NCBI GenBank assembly: GCA_029262675.1
Contig: JAJCYW010000010.1
Location: 129,166 to 193,165, forward strand
Length of the DNA stretch: 64,000 nt
Source: Chloroflexota bacterium
GTDB taxonomy: Bacteria > Chloroflexota > Dehalococcoidia > DSTF01 > RBG-16-68-14
Direction: 5' to 3'
This document shows positions 28,110-38,359 of the stretch, in pieces (position 1 is the first letter of the stretch; every line of letters begins with the position of its first letter). A program made the position numbers and the translations under genes. The notes below the pieces were generated by a model. The model ran no database searches and had not been told where the DNA came from. It saw nothing but the letters and a program-made list of their open reading frames with translations.

Positions 28110-28256
28110 TGTATCCTCCTCATCATCAATTTGAGCTTACGTTAGTCTAGACGCCCATGGCTGGCGCGGTGTTCCCGTTCCAGCAGGTGGCTTGGCAGTT
28201 TGAGACTGCCCGCCTGTGGTATCCCTCGTGGTATCCTGTGGGCAGGAGTACGATTC

Positions 28257-28973
28257 GTGTCTGTTTCACGACCTCGCATCGGTGTCACACGTTGGGAAGA
28301 CGTGCCGGGCGAACGCATCGAAGATTACTGGGAGCGCATTGAAGAAGCCGGCGGCAAAGCGCTCGACCTGCGCGACGCCAAGGTCACTGTCACAGAGCTC
28401 AACGGCCTCGTGCTGACGGGCGGCCTCGATATCGACCCCGCGCGTTACTTTAACGCTCCCCACGAGCGCACCCGTTGTGCTGAAGCCGCCCGCGACGACT
28501 ACGAGTTCGGACTGCTGCAAGAAGCGCTCGCGGCAGACCTGCCGGTTTTGGCCATCTGCCGCGGCCACCAGGTGCTGAACGTAGCCTTCGGCGGGTCGCT
28601 GCTGCAAAACATCGAAACGTCGAATCACCGCGCGGACTACAAATCGGAGGGCGCGCCGTCCCGCTGGCACGAAGTCACGATCGCGCTTGGCAGCCGATTG
28701 CACGGCGCGATCGGCGCCGGACGGGTCGAAGTCAACTCGCGCCACCACCAGGGTGTGGTCGCGGACGGCGTCGCGCCCGGCCTGAAAGCAGTCGCCACGT
28801 CGCCGGACGGCATCGTCGAGGCGCTGGAGAGCGAATCTCACCGCTGGGTGGTGGGCGTCCAGTGGCACGCGGAGCGGCCGGAGCCGGAGCATCCGCAGTT
28901 CGCGCCACTTTCGCAGCCGCTGTTCCAGGCATTCCTCGCTGCTGCCATGAGGCAGCCGGAAGAGGTGCACTAA
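28257..28973 (+). CDS. Class I glutamine amidotransferase-like / peptidase C26 (gamma-glutamyl hydrolase family)
   Basis: GTG 28257 with GGAG 9 nt upstream. ...LVLTGGLDIDP...PVLAICRGHQVLNVAFGGSLLQ...WHAERPE (Cys-His catalytic region). Confidence 0.75.
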   Translation: MSVSRPRIGVTRWEDVPGERIEDYWERIEEAGGKALDLRDAKVTVTELNGLVLTGGLDIDPARYFNAPHERTRCAEAARDDYEFGLLQEALAADLPVLAICRGHQVLNVAFGGSLLQNIETSNHRADYKSEGAPSRWHEVTIALGSRLHGAIGAGRVEVNSRHHQGVVADGVAPGLKAVATSPDGIVEALESESHRWVVGVQWHAERPEPEHPQFAPLSQPLFQAFLAAAMRQPEEVH

Positions 28974-28974
28974 G

Positions 28975-30360
28975 ATGACCACGGCCCCGAACATCCAGTT
29001 CGTGACGACCGAAGACGGCGTGACTATCGCCTACACCGTTGCGGGAGAAGGGCCGCCGTTGGTCTGCACGCCCGACTGGGTGAGCCATCAGGAGCTGGAG
29101 TGGCAGGGTGACAACGGGGACTTCGTCCGGCGGCTGGCACGCGCCTGCACGCTGGTGAGGTTCGACGGCCGCGGCAGCGGGCTGTCAGATCGTGACGTGG
29201 ACGATCTCTCCGTCGACGCCCGGTTGCACGACCTGGAGGCCGTCGTCGATCACCTGGGGCTGGAGACGTTCGCCCTCTTCGGATTCAGCCAGTGGTCGCC
29301 GGTGGCCATCATGTACGCGGCGAAACACCCGGAAAAGCTCACTCACTTCATACTGTACGCCGGCTTCTGTGAAGGCTTCATCACCGCTGAAGGGCGGGAT
29401 CAACGAGGCGAGCTAGGCCGCGCCCTGCTGGGGCTGATCCGCGCTGAGTGGGGCGTGGGAGCGCGGGCGATAACCGGCTTCATTCACCCGGACGCGGATC
29501 TGAAGGAGCAGCGCGAGATCCTGCAGTTCCTGCGTCAGGCCAGCTCCGGCGACGTTGCGGCGCGCATCCTCGAAGAAGGCATGTTCGATGTCGATGTCGC
29601 GCACCTCGTCCCGCAGATCCAGGCGCCCAGCCTCGTTATCCATCGCCGCGACGACAACGCGGTCGGTCTCGATTGCGGCCGGCGCGTCGCTTCGCTGCTC
29701 CCCAACGCACGCTTCCAGCCCCTGGACGGCGACCACCACATGCCTTCGGGGGGCGACTCGCTCGCGATCGTGCGCGCCGTCGAAGCCCACCTGGGCATCG
29801 ATGCGGCACCTGCGGAGGCCGCGTCGGAGGCGCCGAGAACGCACGCGCAGGCCAACGCTCCCATTGCGTTGCTCTTCACCGACTTGGAGGGTTCGACGAC
29901 GCTGACCGAGCGGCTCGGCGACGAACGGGCGCAGGAGCTGCTCCGCGAGCACAACCTGATCGTACGGGAAGCGCTGGCCGGTCACGGCGGCAGCGAGGTG
30001 AAGCACACGGGCGATGGCATCATGGCGTCCTATCCCTCGGCTTCCAGCGCGTTGGACGGCGCCGTCCAGATCCAGCGGGCGCTGGCGAAGCGCAACGAGG
30101 AGCGTGACGGCGATCCGCTCAATGTGCGCATCGGCATCAACGCCGGAGAGCCGATGCACGAACAGGACGACCTTTTCGGCACGGCGGTGCAACTGGCGCG
30201 CCGCATCTGCGACCTGGCGGCGCCCGGCCAGGTTCTCGTGTCGAACGTCGTACGGGAGCTGGTGGCCGGCAAGGGTTTCCTCTTCGCGGACATGGGCGAA
30301 ACGGCCCTGCGCGGATTCGAGGATCCCATGCGGATCTACGAGGTCCGCTGGGCCGAATAG
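28975..30360 (+). CDS. alpha/beta-hydrolase - class III adenylyl/guanylyl cyclase fusion (LipJ/Rv1900c-like architecture)
   Basis: N-terminal AB-hydrolase fold (FGFSQWSPVAIMYAAKHPEKL). C-terminal cyclase: IALLFTDLEGSTTLTERLGD...KHTGDGIMASYP...VRIGINAGEP. Confidence 0.8.
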   Translation: MTTAPNIQFVTTEDGVTIAYTVAGEGPPLVCTPDWVSHQELEWQGDNGDFVRRLARACTLVRFDGRGSGLSDRDVDDLSVDARLHDLEAVVDHLGLETFALFGFSQWSPVAIMYAAKHPEKLTHFILYAGFCEGFITAEGRDQRGELGRALLGLIRAEWGVGARAITGFIHPDADLKEQREILQFLRQASSGDVAARILEEGMFDVDVAHLVPQIQAPSLVIHRRDDNAVGLDCGRRVASLLPNARFQPLDGDHHMPSGGDSLAIVRAVEAHLGIDAAPAEAASEAPRTHAQANAPIALLFTDLEGSTTLTERLGDERAQELLREHNLIVREALAGHGGSEVKHTGDGIMASYPSASSALDGAVQIQRALAKRNEERDGDPLNVRIGINAGEPMHEQDDLFGTAVQLARRICDLAAPGQVLVSNVVRELVAGKGFLFADMGETALRGFEDPMRIYEVRWAE

Positions 30361-30475
30361 GCCCGAATATCGCCTCTTCTCCACATAACACGGAAGATAA
30401 CGCCCCAGAATCGGCGCAGATACGTGTCCGTAGCTGCGTGGTTGGGTAGAATGAGGCCAGGAGCGTGATACTTCT

Positions 30476-33298
30476 ATGACCACCGACAGCAATATCGGCG
30501 CCGTCCGTCCGATCAAGATCGAGGACGAGATGCGCGCCTCGTACCTCGATTACGCGATGAGCGTGATCGTCCAGCGCGCGCTGCCGGACGTCCGCGACGG
30601 GCTGAAGCCAGTACAGCGCCGCATCCTCTACGCTTGCTACGAGCAGGGCATCCGCTCCGCCTCTCGTTACAAGAAGAGCGCCGGTATCATCGGCGAGGTG
30701 CTGAAGAGCTACCACCCCCACGGCGACTCCCCGGTCTACGAAGCGATGGTGCGCATGGCGCAGGACTTCTCCCTGCGTTACCCGCTGATCGATGGCCAGG
30801 GCAACTACGGCAGCGTCGACAACGACCCGGCCGCCGCTATGCGGTACACGGAGGCCCGCCTGTCGGCGATCGCCGAAGAGCTCCTCCTCGATATCGACAA
30901 GGACACCGTCGACTTCACGCCGAACTATGACGACAGCACGACCGAGCCGCGGGTGCTGCCGGCGCGGCTGCCCAACCTGCTGATCAACGGTGCCAGCGGC
31001 ATCGCCGTCGGCATGGCGACGAACATTCCGCCCCACAACCTGGGCGAGGTCTGCGACGCGATCTCGAAACTGCTCGACGAGCCGGAAACGACCACGGACG
31101 AGCTGGCGGAGATCGTCAAGGGGCCGGATTTCCCCACCGGCGGCATCATCTTCCGCATGCGCCGCGAGACCGAGTACGACGCCGAGGGCAAGCGCATCGA
31201 GGTGATGAGGGACGCGGTCAAACAGACCTACGGCGACGGCCGCGGCCGCATTGTGATGCGGGCCTGCACCGACGTGGAGTACATGGGCCGCGGCGACCGC
31301 ATGCAGATCATCGTAACGGAGCTGCCGTTCCAGGTGAATAAGGCGGCGCTCGTCGAGCGGATCGCCATCCTCGTCCGCAACAAGAAGATCGAAGGCATCA
31401 GCGACCTGCGCGACGAGTCCGACCGCCACGGCATGCGCATCGTCATGGAGTTGAGCCGGAACGCCAACCCGCAGCAGGTGCGCAACGCCCTCTTCAAGCA
31501 CACGGCGATGCAGAGCACGTATCCCGTCAACCTGCTGGCCCTCGTCGATAACCAGCCGCGAGTCATCAACCTCAAGACAGCGCTGGAGCAGCACATCATC
31601 TTCCGGCGAGTTGTCATCCGCCGCCGCACGGAGTTTGACCTCGGCAAGGCGCGCGAGAGGGAGCACATCCTTCAGGGCCTGATCAAGGCGCTGGAGCACC
31701 TGGACGAAGTGATCAAGACCATCCGCGCCGCCGACTCCGCCGACGACGCGAAGACGAAGCTGCAAGCAGCACCGTTCGATCTAACCGAGATCCAGGCCCA
31801 GGCGGTGCTGGACATGCAGCTTCGCCGGCTGGCTGCGCTGGAACGCAAGAAGATTGAGGATGAGTACGCCGAAATCATCAAGCTGATCGCGGAGCTAGAG
31901 GATCTGCTGGCGAATCCGAAGAAGATCGACTTCTTGATCCAAGAGGACGTCGCGGAGCTCAAGGAGACGTACGGAGACGAACGGCGCACGCAGATCGTGG
32001 CCCAGGAGGCGGAGCAGTTCTCCGACGAAGACCTCGTCGCGCATCAGGAAGTCGTCATCACGCTCAGCCAGCGCGGCTATATCAAGCGCCTGCCGTTGGA
32101 CACCTACCGCCCGCAGCAGCGCGGTGGCCGCGGTATCGCCGGCATGGGGACGCGAGAGGAGGACGCCGTCCACCGCCTCGTCGTCGCCGATACGCACGAT
32201 AGCCTGCTCTTCTTCACAGACCGCGGCCGTGTCTTCCAACTGCGCGCGTTCGATGTGCCGGACGCCTCGCGTCAGGCCAAGGGCATCCCCCTAATCAACC
32301 TGATCGAGATCGAACAGCGTGAGCAGGTCACGGCCGTCGTGGCGGCGCGCGATTTCGACAAGGACGCGATGGTCCTGGCGACGCGCATGGGCGAAGTGAA
32401 GAAGACGCCGCTCAAGGAGTTCGCTTCCGTGCGCCGCGCCGGACTGATCGCGATGGACTTCGAGCCAAACGACGTGCTGATCTCCGCCAAGCTGGCTCAC
32501 AACGACGACGACGTCGTCTTCGTCACCTCCGACGGCCAGTCCGTCCGCTTCCCCGTCTCCGAGCTGCGCTCCGCCTCGCGCGCTAGCGGCGGTGTTCGCG
32601 GCGTCAAGCTCGCCAAGGGGGCGACGGCAGTCAGCATGGAGGTCGCGTCGGCCGGCGACGAACTGCTCATCATTAGCGAGAACGGTTTCGGTAAGCGCAC
32701 GCTGATAGACGAGTACCCGCAGCACCACCGCGGTGGCATGGGCGTTCGCACATTCAAGGTGCTCGACAAGACTGGGCCCGTTGTCGCCGCGCGGATGGTG
32801 ACCGGTACACAAGAACTGATAGTCATCTCTCGCGATGGCGTCGTGCTGCGTACGCGCACGGAAACTATCTCGGTCCAGGGCCGCTCGACGCAGGGCGTTG
32901 CCGTCATCGGCGTCGGGCCCGGCGACGCGGTCGGATCGCTCGCCGCTATCGATATGGAGAGTCTGCAGGCCGCGGCAACGGCCGAAGGGCCGGAGCCGGA
33001 CGAGCCCGTCGAGCCCGGCACGAACCCCACGAACGGCACGCCCGTCACGGGCCAGACGCCAGCCGGGCAGACTGCCTCGCGCGGCAAGAAAGCGGCGCCT
33101 AAGTCGGAACCTGCCCCGGAGGCGAAGGCGGCGCGTAAGACGAACCCCGTCCGAGAAAAGAAGGCGCTGAGCAAGGCTGACGAGGCGCTGGAGAAGGCTG
33201 AACGCGCCAATGCCAAGGCGAAGGCTGCCAAGTCGAACGGCAAAGGGCCGGGCGGCAAGAGTCCGGACGAACCTAAGCCGAAGCGCCGCGGCAAGTAG
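30476..33298 (+). CDS. gyrA: DNA gyrase subunit A with ~110-aa Lys/Ala/Pro-rich C-terminal tail
   Basis: [39 protein letters not shown], active-site Tyr region, beta-pinwheel CTD. Tail ...[70 protein letters not shown]. Confidence 0.9.
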   Translation: MTTDSNIGAVRPIKIEDEMRASYLDYAMSVIVQRALPDVRDGLKPVQRRILYACYEQGIRSASRYKKSAGIIGEVLKSYHPHGDSPVYEAMVRMAQDFSLRYPLIDGQGNYGSVDNDPAAAMRYTEARLSAIAEELLLDIDKDTVDFTPNYDDSTTEPRVLPARLPNLLINGASGIAVGMATNIPPHNLGEVCDAISKLLDEPETTTDELAEIVKGPDFPTGGIIFRMRRETEYDAEGKRIEVMRDAVKQTYGDGRGRIVMRACTDVEYMGRGDRMQIIVTELPFQVNKAALVERIAILVRNKKIEGISDLRDESDRHGMRIVMELSRNANPQQVRNALFKHTAMQSTYPVNLLALVDNQPRVINLKTALEQHIIFRRVVIRRRTEFDLGKAREREHILQGLIKALEHLDEVIKTIRAADSADDAKTKLQAAPFDLTEIQAQAVLDMQLRRLAALERKKIEDEYAEIIKLIAELEDLLANPKKIDFLIQEDVAELKETYGDERRTQIVAQEAEQFSDEDLVAHQEVVITLSQRGYIKRLPLDTYRPQQRGGRGIAGMGTREEDAVHRLVVADTHDSLLFFTDRGRVFQLRAFDVPDASRQAKGIPLINLIEIEQREQVTAVVAARDFDKDAMVLATRMGEVKKTPLKEFASVRRAGLIAMDFEPNDVLISAKLAHNDDDVVFVTSDGQSVRFPVSELRSASRASGGVRGVKLAKGATAVSMEVASAGDELLIISENGFGKRTLIDEYPQHHRGGMGVRTFKVLDKTGPVVAARMVTGTQELIVISRDGVVLRTRTETISVQGRSTQGVAVIGVGPGDAVGSLAAIDMESLQAAATAEGPEPDEPVEPGTNPTNGTPVTGQTPAGQTASRGKKAAPKSEPAPEAKAARKTNPVREKKALSKADEALEKAERANAKAKAAKSNGKGPGGKSPDEPKPKRRGK

Positions 33299-33307
33299 CG
33301 TCCGGGC

Positions 33308-33793
33308 GTGGCGGGCTCACCTCACCTTCAGCCGAATCCCGAGACGAACATCCGCGACGCCCGCGTGGCCGACCTGCCGCGCATTGTGGAGCTGTTAGCC
33401 CAACTATCGATCAGCGCACCGCGTGAGCAGCCGGACGAACCGCTGCCGGACGCCTACGCCGCCGCGTTCGCCGATATCAGCGCCGACCCACGGCAGCGGC
33501 TGCTCGTCGTCGAGGCGGCAGGAGAGATCGTTGCCAGCGCTGCTCTGATCATCGTCCCCAACCTGTCGCATCAGGGCCGCCCGTACGCGCTGATCGAAAA
33601 CATCGTCGTCGATGAGGCGCGACGCGGCGGGGGTGCCGGCGAGGCGCTCGTGCGCTATGCGATAGCCGAGGCGCGTGCCGCTTCCTGCTACAAGCTCTCG
33701 CTCACCAGCAACAAGCGCCGCCCGGACGCCCACCGCTTCTACGAACATCTCGGGTTCAACGCGACGCATGAGGGGTTCCGCGTCGAGCTCTAG
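33308..33793 (+). CDS. GNAT-family N-acetyltransferase
   Basis: Acetyl-CoA motif A region RRGGGAGEALV...; C-terminal HRFYEHLGF. Confidence 0.7.
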   Translation: MAGSPHLQPNPETNIRDARVADLPRIVELLAQLSISAPREQPDEPLPDAYAAAFADISADPRQRLLVVEAAGEIVASAALIIVPNLSHQGRPYALIENIVVDEARRGGGAGEALVRYAIAEARAASCYKLSLTSNKRRPDAHRFYEHLGFNATHEGFRVEL

Positions 33794-33820
33794 TAAAGGT
33801 CGCTGACTAGCGACCGCGGC

Positions 33821-34237
33821 CTAACGCCCGGCGCGGCCGTTGAACGTGACTGTCCGATCCGGCCGTAGCCGGATCGTGATCGAGTCGCCGCCCGCCGTGC
33901 TCTCCGTGTAGGCCTTGCCCATCTCCTCGCCCAGATAGCGCGTCGCCAGCTCCAACCGGCGGTCGTCCGTCAGCGCTGCTTCGATCTGCGCCTTGCCGCT
34001 AACGGTCGCCGAGAAGTAGGGGAGTTCTCGGCTGTCGATGACGAGTGCGATCTCCGGGTTGCGCTCGATATTGCGGTGCTTCTGCGAGCCTTCGCCGGTG
34101 GACACCAGCAGGTCGCCGCCGTCGTAGAGGTACCAGACCGGCGCGGCGTGCGGCCGCCCTTTTCCGTCGACCGTTGCCAGCACAGCAATGTTCGCTTCCT
34201 TGAGAAACTCCTGCAGGTCCGTCTCGTCGCTCATCAT
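33821..34237 (-). CDS. Pyridoxamine 5'-phosphate oxidase-family (PPOX class, possibly F420/FMN-binding split-barrel) protein
   Basis: ATG 34237 (MMSDETDLQEFLKEANIAVLATVDGKGRPHAAPVWY...) with GAAGGAG RBS; ATGA overlap with the upstream MBL gene stop. The 241-aa ORF is over-extended. Confidence 0.7.
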   Translation of the reverse strand: MMSDETDLQEFLKEANIAVLATVDGKGRPHAAPVWYLYDGGDLLVSTGEGSQKHRNIERNPEIALVIDSRELPYFSATVSGKAQIEAALTDDRRLELATRYLGEEMGKAYTESTAGGDSITIRLRPDRTVTFNGRAGR

Positions 34238-34911
34238 CACTCCTTCGTCCAGATTGTGTCGTCGTGGCTGAAGTATACGCGCTGCGGCGACAGCGCCCGC
34301 AGCAGCGTCAGCGAACGCGCGTATGCCGCGTCGTCCCATTCGCCGCTCATCGGGTGCGCTGCGCCGGTCCACTCGGCGGCATCGTACGCGGCCTGCCCGG
34401 CAAGGACAGTGAGGCCGTTGTCCGTCTCTACCAGCATGCTCTGGTGGCCCGCCGTGTGGCCCGGCGTCGGAAACAGCCGCACGCCGCGAGCGATCTCGGT
34501 TTCGCCGTCGATCTGTACGTACGCAGCGCCGTCGAACTGCGCCCACTCGGCGATCGTATAGAGCGGTGCCCGCGACGTTTCGAGTTCCGCAGTCTGTACG
34601 TAGATTGGAGCGCCGGGGAAGAGGCTGTTTTCGCCGCAGTGGTCGAAGTGGAGGTGGCAGTTGACGACTCCGACCACGTCACCTACCGCTACGCCCGCGT
34701 TCGCCAGCGCATTCGCGAGTTCGATGCGCTCAGGGCTGTACAGCTTTTCGATGCCCGGATGGCCGCCGCCGACGCCGGTGTCGAAGAGAATCGCGCCGTC
34801 CGGGTGTCGTATCAGCGACGCTTGGATTGGGATCGGCGCTGGGCTTCGCGGATGCCAGTCCGGGGGCGTCACATGGCCTAGCGCCAGTGGCATGATGTCG
34901 ATGCCGCCCAC
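34237..34911 (-). CDS. MBL-fold metallo-hydrolase (N-acyl-homoserine-lactonase-like)
   Basis: Metal-binding motif NCHLHFDHCGEN; downstream PTPGHTAGH. Confidence 0.75.
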   Translation of the reverse strand: MGGIDIMPLALGHVTPPDWHPRSPAPIPIQASLIRHPDGAILFDTGVGGGHPGIEKLYSPERIELANALANAGVAVGDVVGVVNCHLHFDHCGENSLFPGAPIYVQTAELETSRAPLYTIAEWAQFDGAAYVQIDGETEIARGVRLFPTPGHTAGHQSMLVETDNGLTVLAGQAAYDAAEWTGAAHPMSGEWDDAAYARSLTLLRALSPQRVYFSHDDTIWTKE

Positions 34912-34914
34912 AGC

Positions 34915-35964
34915 CTAGTATCCCCGTTCGGGATCCGCCAGGTTCATCAGCCGTTCACCGGCCAGGTAGCGGCGCAGGTTGTCGCAGAAGATGCCGACGG
35001 CGCGCTGGTTGTAGATCTCCGTCCCGCCCGAGATGTGCGGGCTCATAATCACGTTCTCCATGCCCCACAGCTCGCTGTCTTCTGCCAACGGCTCCTGGTC
35101 GAAGACGTCCAGGCCGGCGCCGGCGATCTCTCCGTCCTTCAAAGCGCGGATCAGCGCTTCCTGGTCGACGACGGCCCCGCGCGCGATGTTGATCAGCACC
35201 GCGCTGGCCTTCATCTGCCGCAGCTCAGCCTCCCCGATCAGGCCGCGCGTCTCCTCTGTGAGCGGCACGGCGAGCACGACGAAGTCGCTCTCGGCCAGCA
35301 GCGCCGGCAGCTCGCCGGGCGGCAGCAGCGTGCCGATGTCGCTGTCGGCGCGCTCGGTCACGCTGCGGCGCGTCGCGAGCACGCGGCACCCGAACGCCTT
35401 CGACAGCCGCGCCACCTCTTCGCCGATGTGGCCGAGGCCGACGACGCCGACCGTCTTCCCGTAGAGCTCCTGCGGCATGTAGCGGACCCACTCGCCGCGG
35501 TCCTGCGCTCGGACGAAGCGATGCCCGCCCTTGCAGAACATCAGCATCGACAGCAGCACGTACTCGCCGATCGGCGTGGCATGGAGGCCGCTGGCGTTGG
35601 TCACCATCAGGTCGCTCTCGATCAGGCCGCTGCGCGCAGCGCGGTCCAGCCCGGCGCTGGTCAGTTGCAGCCAGCGTAACTGCGGCGCGGCCTCTGCGAG
35701 AGCCTGGGGATTCGGGTATAGCTCGATCAGGCCGGGTCCCCAAAACCCGAAGAGGACCTCCGCCGCCGACATCGCCTCCTCGAATTCCTTGCGGGCGGTC
35801 TGCGCCTCCAGTTCGCTGGGGTACTTCGACTGCCCCCGGAAGAGCCGGCGCGCATCCTGGCCGAGCACGACGATCTCGATGCGCGGGTTGATGTCCGCGA
35901 TCTGCTGCACCAACTCCGGCTCCAGGGCGAAGCTGACAAGCACGCGCACCTTCTTCTCCGTCAT
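34915..35964 (-). CDS. D-isomer-specific 2-hydroxyacid dehydrogenase-family protein (NAD-binding)
   Basis: GKTVGVVGLGHIGEEVARLSKAFGCRVLATRRS...; catalytic His near SPHISGGT. Confidence 0.8.
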   Translation of the reverse strand: MTEKKVRVLVSFALEPELVQQIADINPRIEIVVLGQDARRLFRGQSKYPSELEAQTARKEFEEAMSAAEVLFGFWGPGLIELYPNPQALAEAAPQLRWLQLTSAGLDRAARSGLIESDLMVTNASGLHATPIGEYVLLSMLMFCKGGHRFVRAQDRGEWVRYMPQELYGKTVGVVGLGHIGEEVARLSKAFGCRVLATRRSVTERADSDIGTLLPPGELPALLAESDFVVLAVPLTEETRGLIGEAELRQMKASAVLINIARGAVVDQEALIRALKDGEIAGAGLDVFDQEPLAEDSELWGMENVIMSPHISGGTEIYNQRAVGIFCDNLRRYLAGERLMNLADPERGY

Positions 35965-36003
35965 CGCCTCGCGTCCTCCTCTTCGGTTACAGGCCGTCGG
36001 CGG

Positions 36004-36738
36004 CTAGAGGCCGTCGCTGAGCCGTTCGATCAGCCAGCGCGGCAGTGCGGCCTTCCGCATCGCCAACTGCGTTTCCTCGATATCATACTCAACCCGCGCG
36101 AACGTGACGCTGCGATCCTCGTCGTCGTAGAGCGCGTATCCGGCTCGCGGGTCGCCGTCGCGCGGCTGGCCCGCGCCGCCCGGGTTCAGGATCAGGCGCT
36201 GTTCGTCAAGCTGGACGCAGTCGCCGTCCTGCGCGCGCTCCAGGGTTGGCGGCGCGGCGGCGTCCTCCCGGCAGACGAACGCCAGGTGTGAGTGGCCAAC
36301 GATGCTGTAGCGCGTCTCCTGCAGCGCGAACTGGGCCGCCGCCTGCGTCGTCGAGAGCAGGTACTCCCACTCCGGGTCGCGCAGGCTGCCGTGGACGAGC
36401 GTGAAGTCACCCTCCTGCACGACGAACGGCAGCTCCTCCAGGTAGGTGCGCGACCGTGGTGTGAGCTGTGTTGCTGTCCAGCGCGCGGCGGCTGCTGCGG
36501 CGTTGTTGAACTCCTCGACGCCCATCTTGCCGCAGGCGGCGAGGTCGTGGTTGCCGGCGACGGCGACGTGGTCGAACTCGCGCAGCAGCTCGACGCATTC
36601 GTTTGGCTGCGGCCCGTAGCCGACGGTGTCGCCCAGGCACCAGACCGCGTCGACCGGCCCTTGTTCGACTGCGTGACCGAGCACGGCGCGGAACGCGGAG
36701 AAGTTTGCGTGAACGTCGGCTACGATCGCGATTCGCAT
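36004..36738 (-). CDS. Calcineurin-like metallophosphoesterase
   Basis: ATG 36738 (MRIAIVADVHANFSAF...). Motifs DVHAN, GDTVGYG, GNHD. Confidence 0.75.
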   Translation of the reverse strand: MRIAIVADVHANFSAFRAVLGHAVEQGPVDAVWCLGDTVGYGPQPNECVELLREFDHVAVAGNHDLAACGKMGVEEFNNAAAAAARWTATQLTPRSRTYLEELPFVVQEGDFTLVHGSLRDPEWEYLLSTTQAAAQFALQETRYSIVGHSHLAFVCREDAAAPPTLERAQDGDCVQLDEQRLILNPGGAGQPRDGDPRAGYALYDDEDRSVTFARVEYDIEETQLAMRKAALPRWLIERLSDGL

Positions 36739-36835
36739 GGGGTGGGCAGCCTCCAGTCCGTGGATCTTAGCACGCAAGGCGCAGTCGGTACGCCTGCAAG
36801 ACACCCGTTCGTCATACTCGCGTTATACTCGACGC

Positions 36836-37882
36836 GTGAAAGTTTCCGAACTGGGTGAATTCGGGCTGATCGAGCGCCTGCATCGCGTGCTCGACGTGCG
36901 GCCACGTGCCGCGCAGCCCGGCAGGCTGGCGATTGGCATCGGTGATGACGGCGCGGTGTGGGTGGACGGCGAAGGGCCGGTTCCTGGCACCGGCGCTCGT
37001 TCCGCGACCATTGCCACCACCGACACGCTCGTCGCCGGCGTCCACTTCCTCCCGGATGCCGCACCGTGGGCCGACGTTGGCTGGAAGGCGATCGCCGTCA
37101 ACGTCAGCGATGTCGCCGCCATGGGCGGGACGCCGGAGTTCGCGCTGGTCACGCTCGGCCTGCCGGCGGACGCCGACTGCGAAGACATCGATCGGCTGTA
37201 CACCGGCATCGCGGAGGCCTGCGGGGCCTACGACATGTCCATCGCCGGCGGCGACATCGTCCGCGCGGACCAGTTCTTCATCACGGTCGCGCTCTATGGG
37301 CGGGCAGACGTCGACGCGGACGACAGCCTGTTGGTGCTGCGCAGAGATGCCGCGGCCACGGGCGACATCGTCGCCGTCACCGGCTGCCTCGGCGGCTCCG
37401 CTGGCGGCCTACGCGCGCTTCAAGATACGAGTCCGGACTCGGACGCGAAACGCGCCCTCATCGCCCGCCACCTGCGGCCGCAGCCTCGCGCTGCAGTCGG
37501 CCCGGTCGCGGTTGCTGCCGGCCTGCGCTGCGCTATCGATGTCAGCGACGGCCTTTTGCAGGACATCGGTCACGTCTGCGAAGCTAGTGGACTCGGCGCA
37601 GTGATCCACCAGGCTGCCGTGCCAATCGAACCTGCGCTCATAGAACTCTACGGCCACGAAGAAGCGCTGCGGATGGCCGATTCAGGCGGCGAGGACTACG
37701 AGCTGCTGCTCATCGGCGGGCGCGATGCGCTGGATAGCCTGCGCGAGCAGATCGACGTGTCGCTCACGGAGATCGGCGAGATGGTCGCAGACGATGCCGG
37801 CCGGGTGCGATTGCTGGACGCCGCGGGCCGCGATCTCGTTGTCGGCGCGGCCGGGTTCGACCACCTGCGGGGAGCACGCTAG
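36836..37882 (+). CDS. thiL: Thiamine-monophosphate kinase
   Basis: GTG 36836 (VKVSELGEFGLIERL...); AIR-synthase-related N and C domains (ATTDTLVAGVHF, AVNVSDVAAMGG, DMSIAGGD). Confidence 0.8.
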   Translation: MKVSELGEFGLIERLHRVLDVRPRAAQPGRLAIGIGDDGAVWVDGEGPVPGTGARSATIATTDTLVAGVHFLPDAAPWADVGWKAIAVNVSDVAAMGGTPEFALVTLGLPADADCEDIDRLYTGIAEACGAYDMSIAGGDIVRADQFFITVALYGRADVDADDSLLVLRRDAAATGDIVAVTGCLGGSAGGLRALQDTSPDSDAKRALIARHLRPQPRAAVGPVAVAAGLRCAIDVSDGLLQDIGHVCEASGLGAVIHQAAVPIEPALIELYGHEEALRMADSGGEDYELLLIGGRDALDSLREQIDVSLTEIGEMVADDAGRVRLLDAAGRDLVVGAAGFDHLRGAR

Positions 37883-38359
37883 GTGCAGGTCGAGACCGAG
37901 ACTCACGAAGAGACCCACGCGCTCGGCGTGCGCCTCGGCAATCTGCTGCGCCCCGGCGACGTGCTGCTGCTCCACGGCGAGCTGGGCAGCGGCAAGACGG
38001 TGCTGGCCCAAGGAATCGGACAGGGACTAGAGGTTGCCGAGCCCGTCACCAGCTCGTCCTACGTGCTGATGACGGAGTACGCGGGACGGCTGGACCTTTT
38101 TCACGCCGACTTGTTCCGGCTGGACGACCCCGCACAGGTCGCCGACCTGGCGTTGGAAGAGGTAGCCGCCGCCGGCGTTCTCATCGTCGAGTGGCCGGAG
38201 CGCGCCTGGGAGGAGCTGCCCTCCCGTCACCTGCTCGTGTCGATAGACGAGATCGGCCAGGGCCGCCGTCTCACACTCACGCCCCGCGGCGAGCGCTATG
38301 ACGAGCTGCTGGCGGCGCTCGGGACGCCGCCGGTGGAATCCGGGGCCGGCCGTGACTGA
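37883..38359 (+). CDS. tsaE: tRNA t6A37 biosynthesis ATPase TsaE (YjeE)
   Basis: P-loop LHGELGSGKT; ...SSYVLMTEY...DLFRL. Confidence 0.8.
   Translation: MQVETETHEETHALGVRLGNLLRPGDVLLLHGELGSGKTVLAQGIGQGLEVAEPVTSSSYVLMTEYAGRLDLFHADLFRLDDPAQVADLALEEVAAAGVLIVEWPERAWEELPSRHLLVSIDEIGQGRRLTLTPRGERYDELLAALGTPPVESGAGRD

Noticed and set aside
36737-36835. ORF-track start of the thiL-region ORF at 36737 (381 aa)
   Set aside because: The first 33 codons overlap the divergent metallophosphoesterase start and lack ThiL homology; GTG 36836 (VKVSELGEFGLIERL) matches the canonical ThiL N-terminus.
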